DNA from: Planctomycetota bacterium
Lineage (GTDB): Bacteria > Planctomycetota > SZUA-567 > H5-PLA8
Direction: 5' to 3'
DNA: 64,000 bases
Assembly: GCA_038227875.1 (NCBI GenBank)
Contig: JBBRPR010000007.1
Coordinates: 151,838-215,837 of the forward strand
Below are positions 38,761 to 49,215 of the stretch, piece after piece. Position 1 is the first letter of the stretch, and each line of letters begins with the position of its first letter. The position numbers were made by a program, and so were the translations under genes. Below the pieces are notes generated by a model. It did not search any database. It saw only the letters and a program-made list of their open reading frames with translations, and was not told the DNA's origin.

Positions 38761-41145
38761 ATGGAAATCGCGCACTGCGACAGCTGTGGTTGCAAGATCA
38801 GCGACGATCGCTCCAAGCTCACGCGCTCTGCCGACGGCCGGATTTATTGCGCCAAATGCGCTCCACTGCAAAGTAACAAGCTTGCACCCTCTTCCTCACT
38901 AAACCGCCTGGGTGCCGACGAACCCACCGGCGAATACGCGCCCATTTCCGCTCCGGCACCTGCTCAGAGCGTGACGAAATTCTACTTCTGCGAAACCTGC
39001 GGCAAGAGAATCACCGACGCGCAGATCCTGGAAGGTTTGGGGCGCGATAAAAAGCTCAAGGGCGTCTTCTGCGCCACCTGCGCCGTCGGCGTTCAGACCA
39101 TGGAATTCGAAGCGATCTCGGAAGCAGAGGTGCGCAAGCCTATTCGCAAATCCAGTGGCCAGGTCTTGCCAAGCAAACACGACGAGCCGCTCGATCACGG
39201 TTCTCCGATCAAGAAATCCAGAGCGGGCATTACGCCTGCCCGGCGTCTGGAATCGCATGTCCCTCAGGTTTCAGCGCATCCGCGACCGGCACGGCAGAAA
39301 GGAAATAGGCCGCTCATTGCCGCGCTTGCCGTGATGCTTATCCTGGCCATCCCGTCTGCGCTGCTTTTGATTTCACACCGCACTGACGCCAAAGACATCC
39401 GGACCGCGATAGCTCCAACCAGTCAAAACACGCACACTGCGGTTGGGCCGATCAAAGAGGCAGTCGTGCCGCCGCCAACCCCTACGGTCGAATCCAAAAT
39501 TCCAACCACTCCAGTCTCGAGCACCGATCCCAATCCCAACCCCGAATCACTGCCAAAAGAAGGCATCGAGAAAAGAGAGCCCCTTGACAAAGGCGAATCG
39601 CGGGCGCCGGTGGAACCAGCCAGCAGCGTGACGCCCGCGCAGACCATCATCGAGATTCCGCCAAGCCCGGCTGTAACGGATCAACCCAAGGCGGTCGCAG
39701 ATGCGCCGTCACCAGCAAATCTCGTGAAGCCCGCCGCACCGGCTTCCGTCTCACGCGTCGCGTACACCGAATACCTCTCGAAACTCATGAGCGACGCCAG
39801 TGAATTCAAAAGTGTCGACGCAGCCAGCCTTCTCGCGCGCTCAGAACGGGATGCGGCAATGGAGCCGTTCAAAGCGCAGCTCGCAGAGGATCATCGCGCA
39901 CTGACGTGGTTGCAGGAGATCGAGAACGCCGTCGAAGCGGGCGCAAAAAAGCTGGTGGATGCCGACGACTTTTCGATGGCCATGGGGACGACCACGTTTC
40001 GCGTGGGACGGCGCGGCGCATACAAAGTGAATGCGGTGAAAGACGGCACAATTGAATTAACCAGTTCCGGCGTGGTGTTGCCCGTCAAGGTGGACCGCCT
40101 CGCCGCTGAAACGCGGTTCCGTCTGGCCGCTATGGGCTTGGAACCCGGCGAGCGGCAGGCGCGCACGGTTTTCATGGAGTTGGCAACCCAGTGGAACCAT
40201 CTCACTCCAGCCAGGCTGGCGCAATTATCCACGTTCATCCAAAAGCTGGCCGCGGACCCTGGTTCTGCTGCCGACGCCGCGCTGCTCACACGCATCGTGG
40301 AAGCAGCGCGGAATTCGCAGCTGGAAGTGGACGCCGAAAAAGCATGGAGTGAAGCAGGCCGCGCCGCCAAAGCTGAAGATTGGAAGCGCGTCCTCCAGCT
40401 CTTGAACGGTCTGGAAAAGGACTTTGCCGCGACTAAAATTCTCCTCTCGCATGCTCAAGACCTGCAGGCCTTGAGGGACCGCGCAACTGCCGCCGGCACC
40501 GCATTGCCCGCGGAGAACCTGGTTTTCTGGCTGCGCGCCGATGCCGGCGTAACAAAAGATGCCAATCGCGCGGTATCGGCGTGGGCAGATCAATCGCCGG
40601 CGCACGCGGCGTTCACGCAGAAGGAGGCGGGCAAACAACCCCTCTGGGTCGAGAACGTACTCAATGGAAAACCCGTGCTGCGTTTCAACGGCGAGACCAG
40701 CTTCTTGACCACCGATCTCACGAACCTGGAAGGTACCGGGTTTACTATCGCTGCGGTGGTCAAGGGGTCGGCTTACAATTCATTGGTCTATATGAATGTC
40801 CCCGGCAAGGTCGAATTCACATACACATACACATACAATGATAATTTTTTTCTCACCTATTCGAGGATCCCATCGGGATTGGTGGCAAACGAATGGAACG
40901 TCGGACTCGCCACCTACATTCCGGACACCAAAGATGGCGTCGTGACCTATCGCAATATGAAAAAGATTGATTCACAAGACTCGAAGTCGGAACGACTCGC
41001 CAACGGGTTGATGCGCATCTGCGGCGACGGCAAGTCGTCGCCGATGGATATTGCGGAAGTGCTGATGTACCGTGTTTCATTGGGAACCGCACAGCGGCAG
41101 CAGATCGAAACATATCTCAGCAACAAATACGGTGTGGGTAAGTAA
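38761..41145 (+). CDS. Membrane protein: two N-terminal Cys4 zinc fingers, TM, Pro-rich linker, helical region, C-terminal LamG/ConA-like domain
   Basis: CDSC..CAKC and CETC..CATC, TM LIAALAVMLILAIPSALLLI, LVFWLRADAGV..VSAWADQS..PVLRFNG..DIAEVLMY..YL..KYG. Confidence 0.75.
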   Translation: MEIAHCDSCGCKISDDRSKLTRSADGRIYCAKCAPLQSNKLAPSSSLNRLGADEPTGEYAPISAPAPAQSVTKFYFCETCGKRITDAQILEGLGRDKKLKGVFCATCAVGVQTMEFEAISEAEVRKPIRKSSGQVLPSKHDEPLDHGSPIKKSRAGITPARRLESHVPQVSAHPRPARQKGNRPLIAALAVMLILAIPSALLLISHRTDAKDIRTAIAPTSQNTHTAVGPIKEAVVPPPTPTVESKIPTTPVSSTDPNPNPESLPKEGIEKREPLDKGESRAPVEPASSVTPAQTIIEIPPSPAVTDQPKAVADAPSPANLVKPAAPASVSRVAYTEYLSKLMSDASEFKSVDAASLLARSERDAAMEPFKAQLAEDHRALTWLQEIENAVEAGAKKLVDADDFSMAMGTTTFRVGRRGAYKVNAVKDGTIELTSSGVVLPVKVDRLAAETRFRLAAMGLEPGERQARTVFMELATQWNHLTPARLAQLSTFIQKLAADPGSAADAALLTRIVEAARNSQLEVDAEKAWSEAGRAAKAEDWKRVLQLLNGLEKDFAATKILLSHAQDLQALRDRATAAGTALPAENLVFWLRADAGVTKDANRAVSAWADQSPAHAAFTQKEAGKQPLWVENVLNGKPVLRFNGETSFLTTDLTNLEGTGFTIAAVVKGSAYNSLVYMNVPGKVEFTYTYTYNDNFFLTYSRIPSGLVANEWNVGLATYIPDTKDGVVTYRNMKKIDSQDSKSERLANGLMRICGDGKSSPMDIAEVLMYRVSLGTAQRQQIETYLSNKYGVGK

Positions 41146-41172
41146 ACGTTCATCACAGCTCTGCAGCCGCGG

Positions 41173-43041
41173 TTACTTGTCGCCCAGACGCTTGTAGCGG
41201 TAGTAGACTTCCAGCGACAATGCGGCAAGGGACGTGGCGCCCACTCGGCCCCACCAGCCATAGAACGGATCCTTGCCGCTGGGCCCCCAGCTTCCAGCGT
41301 CGTCGCCAACCTTGTCCTGATTGTCCAGAAGCGCAGGCTTCATCGCTTCATTCCACTTCGTCCAGATGTCGCCGCCCTGTTGGAACGTACATAGCGTTCC
41401 GTAGTAGCAGTAGTACATGCTGTTGGGCTTGCCTGTGCCACCCTTCTTCACGAACCACTCGACGCTGTTCTGCAAATCGTCTTTCTTGTAACCCATGAAC
41501 TGGCGGCACAGCAGTCCGATGGCGGTGGTCTGAAACGTGAGAGTTTCGGCCGCGGGCTGATAGTGGTAATTCAACACCGGTCCGTATGCCGGATCGACTC
41601 CGTCGCCACCGGGCAGCTTTACTTCCACCTTGTCGAGGAACGACATGGCACCTTCAAACGTCGCGTGGTTGACATGGAGCCCTGCCACCTTTGCCGATTT
41701 CAGAGCCATCACGAACCAACCGCTGACGGAAATATCCGGCGCTTCTTTGGCCAGGTAGCGCCAGGCGCCCTTTTGAGATCCGTCACCTTGCTGGTGAATT
41801 TCCGTGCAGTAATCGACCGCCCGTTGCGCCGCCGCTCGCGTCTCCGGTATGTTGGCCATCCCCGCCGCTTCCGCCAGGGCCATCGTCATGATGGCTTGTT
41901 CGTATCCGGTGGAGGCGAGGAATTCCTTGCTCACACCGCCGTCGGCGCCCTGAGCGCGTTTCAACCAGCCGACTGCGCGCTGCACGTTATCTTTCCACTG
42001 TCCGATTTTTTCCGTGTGTCCCGCACCCAGGAAGGCCAGCAAGGCCAGCCCGGTCATGGCCACATCGTAGTGATGACCGCCATTCTGGTTGTTCCAGTCG
42101 GCGCCGCCACCATGTTTGACGGCATCCCAGTGACCGTCGGCTTCCTGATGGTACGCCAACCATCGCAACGCGCTGTCCACGGCGCTTTCCGTCGCCTTGC
42201 TTCCGCCGTTGCGCTTGACCATCAGCTTGCGTCCGCCGCCGTTGCGCTGGCCAAAACTGCCTTTGCCCGCACCCGACTGATTACCCACGCCCGTGCCGTC
42301 ACCGCCGCCGAAGCCTCCGCCGCTGCCCCGGCTGGCCCCGCCGCCGACGCCAATCAAATCTTCCATCCCCACCCCGCCGGCTCCGCCTCCGCCCGCGGTC
42401 TCCGAATTTCCGCTGACCGAGTGGTACGACGTAGCGTCCGGATTGCCATAGGCGCTCTGCGTGTCGGGCCGGTCCGGATTGATGGTTTCGAAGTGATCGC
42501 CAAGCTCCGCCTTGGCCAGAATATCCGGCGGTACTTCGATGCGGCTGGTTTCCGTGGACGTGGGATCCGTGGCCGCCACACTTTTTTGATTGAGGATCTC
42601 CACGGCGGCATCCTGCGGCTTTTCACGCTCCGCAGGATCGACCTCGGGCGGCCGGGGCTGCAGTTCGGTCGTCATGATGACCGCGTCATCTCCCCGCGGC
42701 AATTCGATGGCCATCGAAACCAATCCCGCCAGCACGATCACCAGCGCATGCAACGCCATGGACACGAACCACCAGGGCGCGCCACTGAGTCGCATCAGGA
42801 GAGCCGACGATTCGTCCGCGGCAACGGAGTCCTCGCCGCTGGCCGCCGCCGACTCAGGAACCCCGGCGCCAACATAGGCAATCAAACCATGGACGGCGCG
42901 CGAATAATGCATCGTTTCACAGCACGCCTGACACTGGTCGAGATGGGCGTCAATGGCCGCCATCTCAACTTTTGTCAGACGGCGCTCGACGTATTCCGCG
43001 GCGCGTTCGGCAACCGATTCGCAATCACACAGAGTGGTCAT
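41173..43041 (-). CDS. Anti-sigma-like protein: zf-HC2, TM, Gly-rich linker, prenyltransferase/squalene-oxidase repeat domain
   Basis: HLDQCQAC, WWFVSMALH TM, AL.WLA.HQ.ADG.W, TGLALLAFLGAG, LSLEVYYRY. Confidence 0.82.
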   Translation of the reverse strand: MTTLCDCESVAERAAEYVERRLTKVEMAAIDAHLDQCQACCETMHYSRAVHGLIAYVGAGVPESAAASGEDSVAADESSALLMRLSGAPWWFVSMALHALVIVLAGLVSMAIELPRGDDAVIMTTELQPRPPEVDPAEREKPQDAAVEILNQKSVAATDPTSTETSRIEVPPDILAKAELGDHFETINPDRPDTQSAYGNPDATSYHSVSGNSETAGGGGAGGVGMEDLIGVGGGASRGSGGGFGGGDGTGVGNQSGAGKGSFGQRNGGGRKLMVKRNGGSKATESAVDSALRWLAYHQEADGHWDAVKHGGGADWNNQNGGHHYDVAMTGLALLAFLGAGHTEKIGQWKDNVQRAVGWLKRAQGADGGVSKEFLASTGYEQAIMTMALAEAAGMANIPETRAAAQRAVDYCTEIHQQGDGSQKGAWRYLAKEAPDISVSGWFVMALKSAKVAGLHVNHATFEGAMSFLDKVEVKLPGGDGVDPAYGPVLNYHYQPAAETLTFQTTAIGLLCRQFMGYKKDDLQNSVEWFVKKGGTGKPNSMYYCYYGTLCTFQQGGDIWTKWNEAMKPALLDNQDKVGDDAGSWGPSGKDPFYGWWGRVGATSLAALSLEVYYRYKRLGDK

Positions 43042-43049
43042 GCTATCCC

Positions 43050-43676
43050 CTATTTGTGTTTGTCCTGGACCGGGGCATTTCCCTGGGTTTCGGAATCATC
43101 ACGAAGCCCGGGTTTGCCTGCCGGAATCTGGTCCTTCAAGCGCGCAAACAATGCGGCGAAGGCATCAATCAACATCCAATTGACCGTGCCGATGGGCACT
43201 TTCATCCGAATGGAAATGTCTTTGTACGAGAGCTGTTCGAAGTAACGCAGCCGGACGATCCGCTTCAGATTTTCGGGAAGCGTTTGCAGCGCGGATTCGA
43301 GCGACTCTTTCAGTTCAAGCTGGCTGAACCCGCCTGTAGTAAACAGGTCTTCCGGCGCCTGCAGCGACTTGTTCTGGATGCGCCGTGAATCACTTCCCTT
43401 CACGCGAAGTCGGTCCACGGAATTGCGTCGATTGATGGCCTTCAGCCACGCCCCCACGCCGCTCTTGGGCAGCTTCTGAGGATTCTGGGACACTTCGATG
43501 AACGTTTCCTGCACGACGTCTTCCGCGTCGTCACGGCTTCCCACAATCGCCTGTGATTGAATCAACAGTTCCGGCCGAAAAGTTTCCAGCAGAGTCCACA
43601 ATGCGTCGGGAGTTCCCGCAGCACTCTGCATCGTGCCGTTCCCCTTCAGAATCGCTTGCGCCGCTGTGGTAATCAT
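43050..43676 (-). CDS. ECF RNA polymerase sigma factor
   Basis: DAEDVVQETF, AWL..I.R...VD.LR, region 4 LP...RIVRLRYFEQLSYKDIS..M.VPIGTV. AAGGAG before ATG 43676. Confidence 0.9.
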   Translation of the reverse strand: MITTAAQAILKGNGTMQSAAGTPDALWTLLETFRPELLIQSQAIVGSRDDAEDVVQETFIEVSQNPQKLPKSGVGAWLKAINRRNSVDRLRVKGSDSRRIQNKSLQAPEDLFTTGGFSQLELKESLESALQTLPENLKRIVRLRYFEQLSYKDISIRMKVPIGTVNWMLIDAFAALFARLKDQIPAGKPGLRDDSETQGNAPVQDKHK

Positions 43677-43903
43677 TACAACCACTCCTTTGCCTAAGAA
43701 TCGACTCCAAGCGCTGCTTTGCTAGAAAATTCGATAAAATAATCATCTTTCCGAAAGCACATGAGCACTTTTGATATCGCAACTCACGTCGCCTCACCCT
43801 TACGGCGACAGTGAACGACGTCGTCGCTCGACGTGCCACGCGACCACGGGTAAACTCCCGCCTCTTCATTTTGAAACTACATTTTCGCGGGAGAGCATGG
43901 CGC

Positions 43904-45436
43904 ATGGCATTTTTTCTCGGCATCGATATCGGAACTTCGGGAACGCGCGCGATCGTCATCGATCAGAAGGGCAAGCTGCGCGGCGTCGGCACGGCGTCCC
44001 ACACCTGCCAGTCGCCCAAGCCGCTGTGGAGCGAACAGGCTCCCGCCGAATGGTGGGCGGCCGTCCGCCAGTCCGTTCCGGCCGCGGTCAAAGCCGCTGG
44101 GATCAAGCCCGCGGACATCGCCGGCATTGGCCTCTCCGGGCAAATGCACGGATTGGTACTGCTCGACAAAAAGAACGATGTCCTCCGCCCCGCCATTCTC
44201 TGGAACGATCAACGCACGGCCGCGGAATGCGAAGAGATCACGCAGCGCGCCGGTGGCCGCAAGAAACTTCTGGAACTGGTCAGCAATCCCGCGCTGACCG
44301 GCTTCACCGCGCCCAAAATTCTCTGGGTGCGCAAGCATGAGAAGTCCATTTTCGAGAAAGCAAAGAAGGCGCTGCTCCCCAAGGATTACATCCGCTTCTG
44401 CCTGACCGGCGAATTCGCCACGGAAGTCTCCGATGCGTCCGGCACGCTGCTGCTCGACGTCAACAAGCGCCAGTGGTCGAAGGCGCTGCTGTCGAAGCTC
44501 AGTCTCGATGCCGCGTTGCTGCCCGAAGTCTTCGAAAGCACCGTGGTCAGCGGCAAGATCAGCGCCGCCGCTGCCGAAGCGCTCGGTGGCTCGGTCGTCG
44601 TCGGCACGCCGGTCGTCGGTGGTGGTGGTGATTGCGCCGCGGGCGCAGTCGGCGCGGGAATTGTGCGCAGCGGCGTCGGCAGCGTCTCCATCGGCACCAG
44701 CGGCGTGGTCTTTGTCCACGCCGACAAGCCCAAGACCGATCCGGAAGGCCGCGCTCATACGTTCTGCCACGCGGTGCCCGGCAAGTGGCACAACATGGGT
44801 GTGACGCTCTCCGCTGGCGGTTCGTTCCAATGGTTCAAGAACGCGCTGGGCCATCCCGAAAGCGCCGTCGCCAGCCTGACCGGCGGCGATCCGTACGATC
44901 TGCTCGTGAAAGAAGCGCAGACCGCGCCGGCCGGCAGCGAAGGACTGTGCTTCCTCCCCTACCTCACCGGCGAGCGCACGCCGCACGCCGATCCGTTCGC
45001 GACCGGCGCGTTCGTGGGCATCACGCCGCGCACGACCAAGGGCTACCTCACGCGCAGCGTGATCGAAGGCGTCTGCTACTCCCTGCGCGACTGCATCGAA
45101 ATCTTCCGCGGCATGAACGTCCCCGTCGATGAAGTCCGCGTCACCGGCGGCGGCGCAAAGAACAAATTCTGGTTCCAGACGCTCGCCGATGTCTTCGGAC
45201 AAGGCACGTGCTCGCTCCAAGCCTCCGAAGGCGCCGCCTACGGCGTCGCGCTGTTGGCGGCCGTCGGCACGAAGCATTTCAAATCCGTCGAAGAAGCCTG
45301 CGCCGCCACCGTGCGAACCTGCGATCCCGTAAAGCCCGACGCCAAGCGCGTCAAAGTTTACGAGAAGTACTATCCGCATTGGCAAAGTCTGTATCAGTCG
45401 TTGAAGGGCGACTTTGCGCGGCTGGGAAAAGACTAA
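43904..45436 (+). CDS. xylB: Xylulokinase (FGGY family)
   Basis: GIDIGTSG, SGQMHG, ILWNDQR, FLPYLTGERTPH, GGGA. Confidence 0.92.
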   Translation: MAFFLGIDIGTSGTRAIVIDQKGKLRGVGTASHTCQSPKPLWSEQAPAEWWAAVRQSVPAAVKAAGIKPADIAGIGLSGQMHGLVLLDKKNDVLRPAILWNDQRTAAECEEITQRAGGRKKLLELVSNPALTGFTAPKILWVRKHEKSIFEKAKKALLPKDYIRFCLTGEFATEVSDASGTLLLDVNKRQWSKALLSKLSLDAALLPEVFESTVVSGKISAAAAEALGGSVVVGTPVVGGGGDCAAGAVGAGIVRSGVGSVSIGTSGVVFVHADKPKTDPEGRAHTFCHAVPGKWHNMGVTLSAGGSFQWFKNALGHPESAVASLTGGDPYDLLVKEAQTAPAGSEGLCFLPYLTGERTPHADPFATGAFVGITPRTTKGYLTRSVIEGVCYSLRDCIEIFRGMNVPVDEVRVTGGGAKNKFWFQTLADVFGQGTCSLQASEGAAYGVALLAAVGTKHFKSVEEACAATVRTCDPVKPDAKRVKVYEKYYPHWQSLYQSLKGDFARLGKD

Positions 45437-45439
45437 ACA

Positions 45440-46068
45440 GAGTTATTGGTCATTGGTCATTGGGCATTGGTCATTGGGCATTGGTCATCGGTCATTTTTC
45501 ATTTACGGGCGCGGCTGCAACGCGCCGCTGTTAGGCAATAGGAGTTGGCGTGTAGCGTTATTCTATAGGAGCGTGCTATGGGACTCGCTGTTCACGTCAT
45601 TCTCTCCGGTAAGATTATTGAACAACCCAAAGAGTACGTTAACACCAAAGCGCTGGCCGGCATGTGGCCAGATCTTGATTTGATTGCAACAGAACTGAAT
45701 CTCGTGCCGCTTTCAAACTTTCTGCACGTTACTCCTCAAGATGTCGAAGATGCTAAACGATTCGGACTCCCAGCTCCTGCATTGCGCCAGGATTTCATTC
45801 AACCTGAAATTGGTTTACGAACAGTTCGCGGATTGATTGATCATCTATCGAAGAAAAAGAAACGAAAAAACGATACGACGCAGGATGTCCTGGCGGGACT
45901 GAAATGGATCGAGTCGCGACTCAACGTCGCGGAAAAGCAAAACGTAAAATTTTATCTTTCAATCGGCTGAATTGCCGTCTTTGAAATAAAAAGAGGCGCG
46001 CCGTAGCCGCCCCTCGTAAATAACCCATGAAAAATGACCAATGCCCAATGACCAATGACCAATGACTC
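45440..46068. mobile_element. Candidate cassette: ~80-bp imperfect terminal inverted repeats (TCATTGG heptamers plus core) enclosing one gene
   Basis: Left arm 45440-45526 and right arm 45995-46068 are approximate reverse complements. No transposase is present. Confidence 0.5.
45578..45970 (+). CDS. Hypothetical protein (130 aa), lower GC
   Basis: AGGAG RBS, open 130-aa frame, many A/T-ending codons. Confidence 0.75.
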   Translation: MGLAVHVILSGKIIEQPKEYVNTKALAGMWPDLDLIATELNLVPLSNFLHVTPQDVEDAKRFGLPAPALRQDFIQPEIGLRTVRGLIDHLSKKKKRKNDTTQDVLAGLKWIESRLNVAEKQNVKFYLSIG

Positions 46069-46070
46069 CG

Positions 46071-47531
46071 TTACGCACACTCGGCCGTGCTCTCTTCCAT
46101 CACCGGCGCACCCGTCGTCAACCCGCGCTTGGCCATCATCTGCTCGATTTCCAGAAGCTTGCTGTACACCGAGCGCACGCTGATGCCCAGCATCTTCGCG
46201 GCCTTCGTCCGGTTGCCGCGCGTCAGGTCGACGGTGCGGCGGATCATTTCCAGTTCCACGTCGGAGATCGGCGTGCCGACTTTGAAGACCAGTGAGTCGC
46301 TCAAATCCACGTTGGCAGCGGCAGGCGCAGCGCTGGGCATCCGGACTTCAGAAACGCCCGTGCTCGCGACGACTGCGGTGCCACTCGTCGCACCAATTCC
46401 CACGGCAGCGGCCGTGAGCGGCTGTTGCGCGCCGCTCAGGTACGCAGCACGCTTCATGCAGCCCATCAACTCGCTGATGTTGCCCGGCCAATTGTAGGCC
46501 GCGACGGCTTCGCTGAAGCCCATCTCCAGGTTCGACGACGGAATGCCCATCTCGGTGCAGTAGCGGCGGTAGAAATACTCGCAGATCAACGCGGCGTCGT
46601 TTTCGCGCTGCGAGAGCGGCAGCAGCTGAATGTGCGACGCGGCGAACTTGCCGTGAAATTCCGGCTTGAAGCTGCCGTCAGCCAGGCGCGCTTCCAGCTT
46701 CGCGCCAGTCAGACCGATCAGGCGCACATTAACTTTGATCTCGCTTCCCTTGCGGGTGAACTGGCGCTTCTCGATCAGTTCCACCAGTCGTTCCTGCACG
46801 GGGATGCTCATCATCTCCACGCGGTCGAGCACCAGCGTGCCGCCGTCGGCGAGTTCCAGCATGCCGGTTTTGCGGCCGAACGACGCGTCGTTTTCACTTC
46901 CAAAAAGTTCCTGTTCCAGCAGCGATCCCGGATATGCGCCGCAGTCCACTTTCACAAACGTCCCGCGAGCGCGGGGCGAGCGGGCGTGCAGATTCAGCGC
47001 GACGAGCTTCTTGCCTGTGCCGTGATCGCCGGAGATCAGCACCGGATCAAGCGTGGCGGAGTAATGGTCGAGATCGCGGAAGACCTTGCGAATGTGTTCG
47101 GAGCGGCCGACAAGTTCGTCGGTGAAGTTGGCGACCTGGGCGCGGTAGAAATCGATTTCGGAGCTCAATGTCTGGTGGGCGCTGGCGCGCTGGAAAGCGA
47201 GAAGCAACGTGTCGGGTGTAATCGGGGCGATAAGTACATCGGTAGCGCCGGCAGCAATCAATTCGCCGGTCATGCGCTTTTCGGCTTCCTGGACAATAGC
47301 GATGACAGAATTCTGGACGCGTGCGGAACGCAGCTGGCGCACCAAGTCCTGCACACGTGATTCGGGGCGATGTTCGATCAATATCGCATCGAACTTGTGT
47401 GCCGCGCCGGTGTTACGTGCGGCCTCAGAGGTGTGCGAACGCTGGAAAGTGATCGCCTGCTCGGTGAGAAAGGCGGAGATCTCGTTGGAAAGGGGCTGGG
47501 CCGTAAAGAAGAGTGCCGACGTAAGACGCAT
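46071..47531 (-). CDS. Degenerate NtrC-like regulator (pseudo-receiver, AAA+ lacking GAFTGA, Fis HTH)
   Basis: GDHGTGKK, ELFGSENDASFG replacing GAFTGA, Walker B LVLDRV, WPGNISEL, GNRTKAAKMLGIS. Confidence 0.85.
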   Translation of the reverse strand: MRLTSALFFTAQPLSNEISAFLTEQAITFQRSHTSEAARNTGAAHKFDAILIEHRPESRVQDLVRQLRSARVQNSVIAIVQEAEKRMTGELIAAGATDVLIAPITPDTLLLAFQRASAHQTLSSEIDFYRAQVANFTDELVGRSEHIRKVFRDLDHYSATLDPVLISGDHGTGKKLVALNLHARSPRARGTFVKVDCGAYPGSLLEQELFGSENDASFGRKTGMLELADGGTLVLDRVEMMSIPVQERLVELIEKRQFTRKGSEIKVNVRLIGLTGAKLEARLADGSFKPEFHGKFAASHIQLLPLSQRENDAALICEYFYRRYCTEMGIPSSNLEMGFSEAVAAYNWPGNISELMGCMKRAAYLSGAQQPLTAAAVGIGATSGTAVVASTGVSEVRMPSAAPAAANVDLSDSLVFKVGTPISDVELEMIRRTVDLTRGNRTKAAKMLGISVRSVYSKLLEIEQMMAKRGLTTGAPVMEESTAECA

Positions 47532-47675
47532 CGTATATCCCCCGATTCTTCGATCCCTTGTTCAGCTCGGCATCCGTTGCCGAAACTGTTCTCAAAATCA
47601 GATTCATTTGAGATTGTCGCAATCCGTGTGCCCAGCCGGGGAAACCGGGCACACGGTCTGATAACAAGGCAGCGT

Positions 47676-49106
47676 CTACGCGCGCAGGTACGTCACGTTA
47701 CGGGTGATGCCATATTTGCGCGCCTTCAAGTACAGAGTCGATCGGCTAATCCCAAGCTGGTTCGCGGCTAAGGTAAAGTTCCAGTGCGTCTGCGTCAGCG
47801 TCTGCATCAGCGCTTCGCATTCTGCATTCTCCAGCGGGCTGAGCTTCGCCTTGGTCGGATCGGGCTGCTCCATCGGTTTGGGTGTTGCGACCTGCGTCGT
47901 CATTTGCAATGGTGGCAGCAGCGTCGACGAGCCCAGGCGTTGCGTTTGTCCCGTTTGCAGCCACCACAGATCGCCGGGGCGGAGCACACTGTCGCGAGCC
48001 ACGAGGCAGGCCCGTTCGATGCAATGTTCCAGTTCACGGATGTTCCCTGGCCACGCGTACGACTGCAGCAGGTTCATCGCTTCCGTCGAGATCGTCGTCG
48101 GTCCGCGGACGACCTTGGTCAGGGCGCGGCGCAGGAAGTTCTCCGCCAGCGCCGGGATTTCGTGCGCGCGTTCGCGCAGCGCCGGCAGATGAATCGGGAA
48201 GGTGTTGATGCGGAAGTACAAATCCTGGCGGAACGTGCCGTCGGCAATCATCTGCTCCAGGTTTCTGTGCGTCGCGCAGATCAGGCGGAAGTCCACCTTC
48301 AGCGGCGCCGAACCGCCGACGCGTTCGATTTCGTAATTCTGGAGCACGCGCAGCAGCTTTGTCTGCATCGGCATCGACAGTTCGCCGATCTCGTCGAGGA
48401 ACAGCGTGCCGGAATGCGCCCGTTCAAAGCGGCCGGTGTGGCGCTTGTTGGCTCCCGTGAACGCGCCCTGTTCGTGGCCGAAGAGTTCCGATTCGATCAG
48501 GCTCTCGGACAGTCCGGCGCAGTTCACCTTGATGTACGGCTGTTCACGGCGCGGGCTGTTGGCCTGGATAAAGTCGGCCAGCACTTCCTTGCCCGTCCCG
48601 CTTTCGCCCGTGATCAGGATGGCGCAGTTGGTCGGCGCGGCCGCGGAGATCATGGTGCTGAGGTTGTCCGGGCATTCCGAGGCGTTGGTGAACAGTACCT
48701 GGGCCTTGGACGCCGGGGTCGGCGGCGGCGCGGGCGGAGCCTGCAATTCGAGGAGCTGACGGACCATGCCCGGGATGGCGCGGTAGTTCAGCGGCTTGGT
48801 GAGAAAGTCCGTCGCGCCGGCCTTGATCGCGCGCACGGCCAGTTCCACGTCGCCATAGCCGGTGAAGATCACCACGCTGCAGGCCGGGAACTTCTTGCGC
48901 ACCAGCTCCAGCACGCGGAAACCGTCCATGCCCGGCATCTCGAGGTCCGAGAAGAGAATGTTGACGCCGTGCGCCTCCATCCCTTCCAGGGCCCGCGCGG
49001 GGTCTGAATAGGCGTAGACGTCGCAATTCGAACCGGCCAGTACTTCCTTGATCAGTTCGACGTTCTCCGTCTGGTCATCCAGCACGACGATCTTCGAGTT
49101 CTTCAT
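47676..49106 (-). CDS. Sigma54-dependent response regulator (NtrC family)
   Basis: Receiver [57 protein letters not shown]. Alternative start 49184. Confidence 0.95.
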   Translation of the reverse strand: MKNSKIVVLDDQTENVELIKEVLAGSNCDVYAYSDPARALEGMEAHGVNILFSDLEMPGMDGFRVLELVRKKFPACSVVIFTGYGDVELAVRAIKAGATDFLTKPLNYRAIPGMVRQLLELQAPPAPPPTPASKAQVLFTNASECPDNLSTMISAAAPTNCAILITGESGTGKEVLADFIQANSPRREQPYIKVNCAGLSESLIESELFGHEQGAFTGANKRHTGRFERAHSGTLFLDEIGELSMPMQTKLLRVLQNYEIERVGGSAPLKVDFRLICATHRNLEQMIADGTFRQDLYFRINTFPIHLPALRERAHEIPALAENFLRRALTKVVRGPTTISTEAMNLLQSYAWPGNIRELEHCIERACLVARDSVLRPGDLWWLQTGQTQRLGSSTLLPPLQMTTQVATPKPMEQPDPTKAKLSPLENAECEALMQTLTQTHWNFTLAANQLGISRSTLYLKARKYGITRNVTYLRA

Positions 49107-49215
49107 GGTCCTGACTCCACGGGTGTCACCCGGATAAACGACTGCACGCTCAAAAGGAACTGGGGTCTTCGTTTCAACCTGCATGTTGCACCGCCTCTTT
49201 TTCCTGCACGCACTG

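Noticed and set aside
41173..42200. Squalene-hopene cyclase call
   Set aside because: Only one barrel, no DXDD motif, and it is fused to an anti-sigma zinc finger.
45440..45500. Heptamer arrays as CRISPR
   Set aside because: Contiguous 7-bp units with no spacers and no cas genes.
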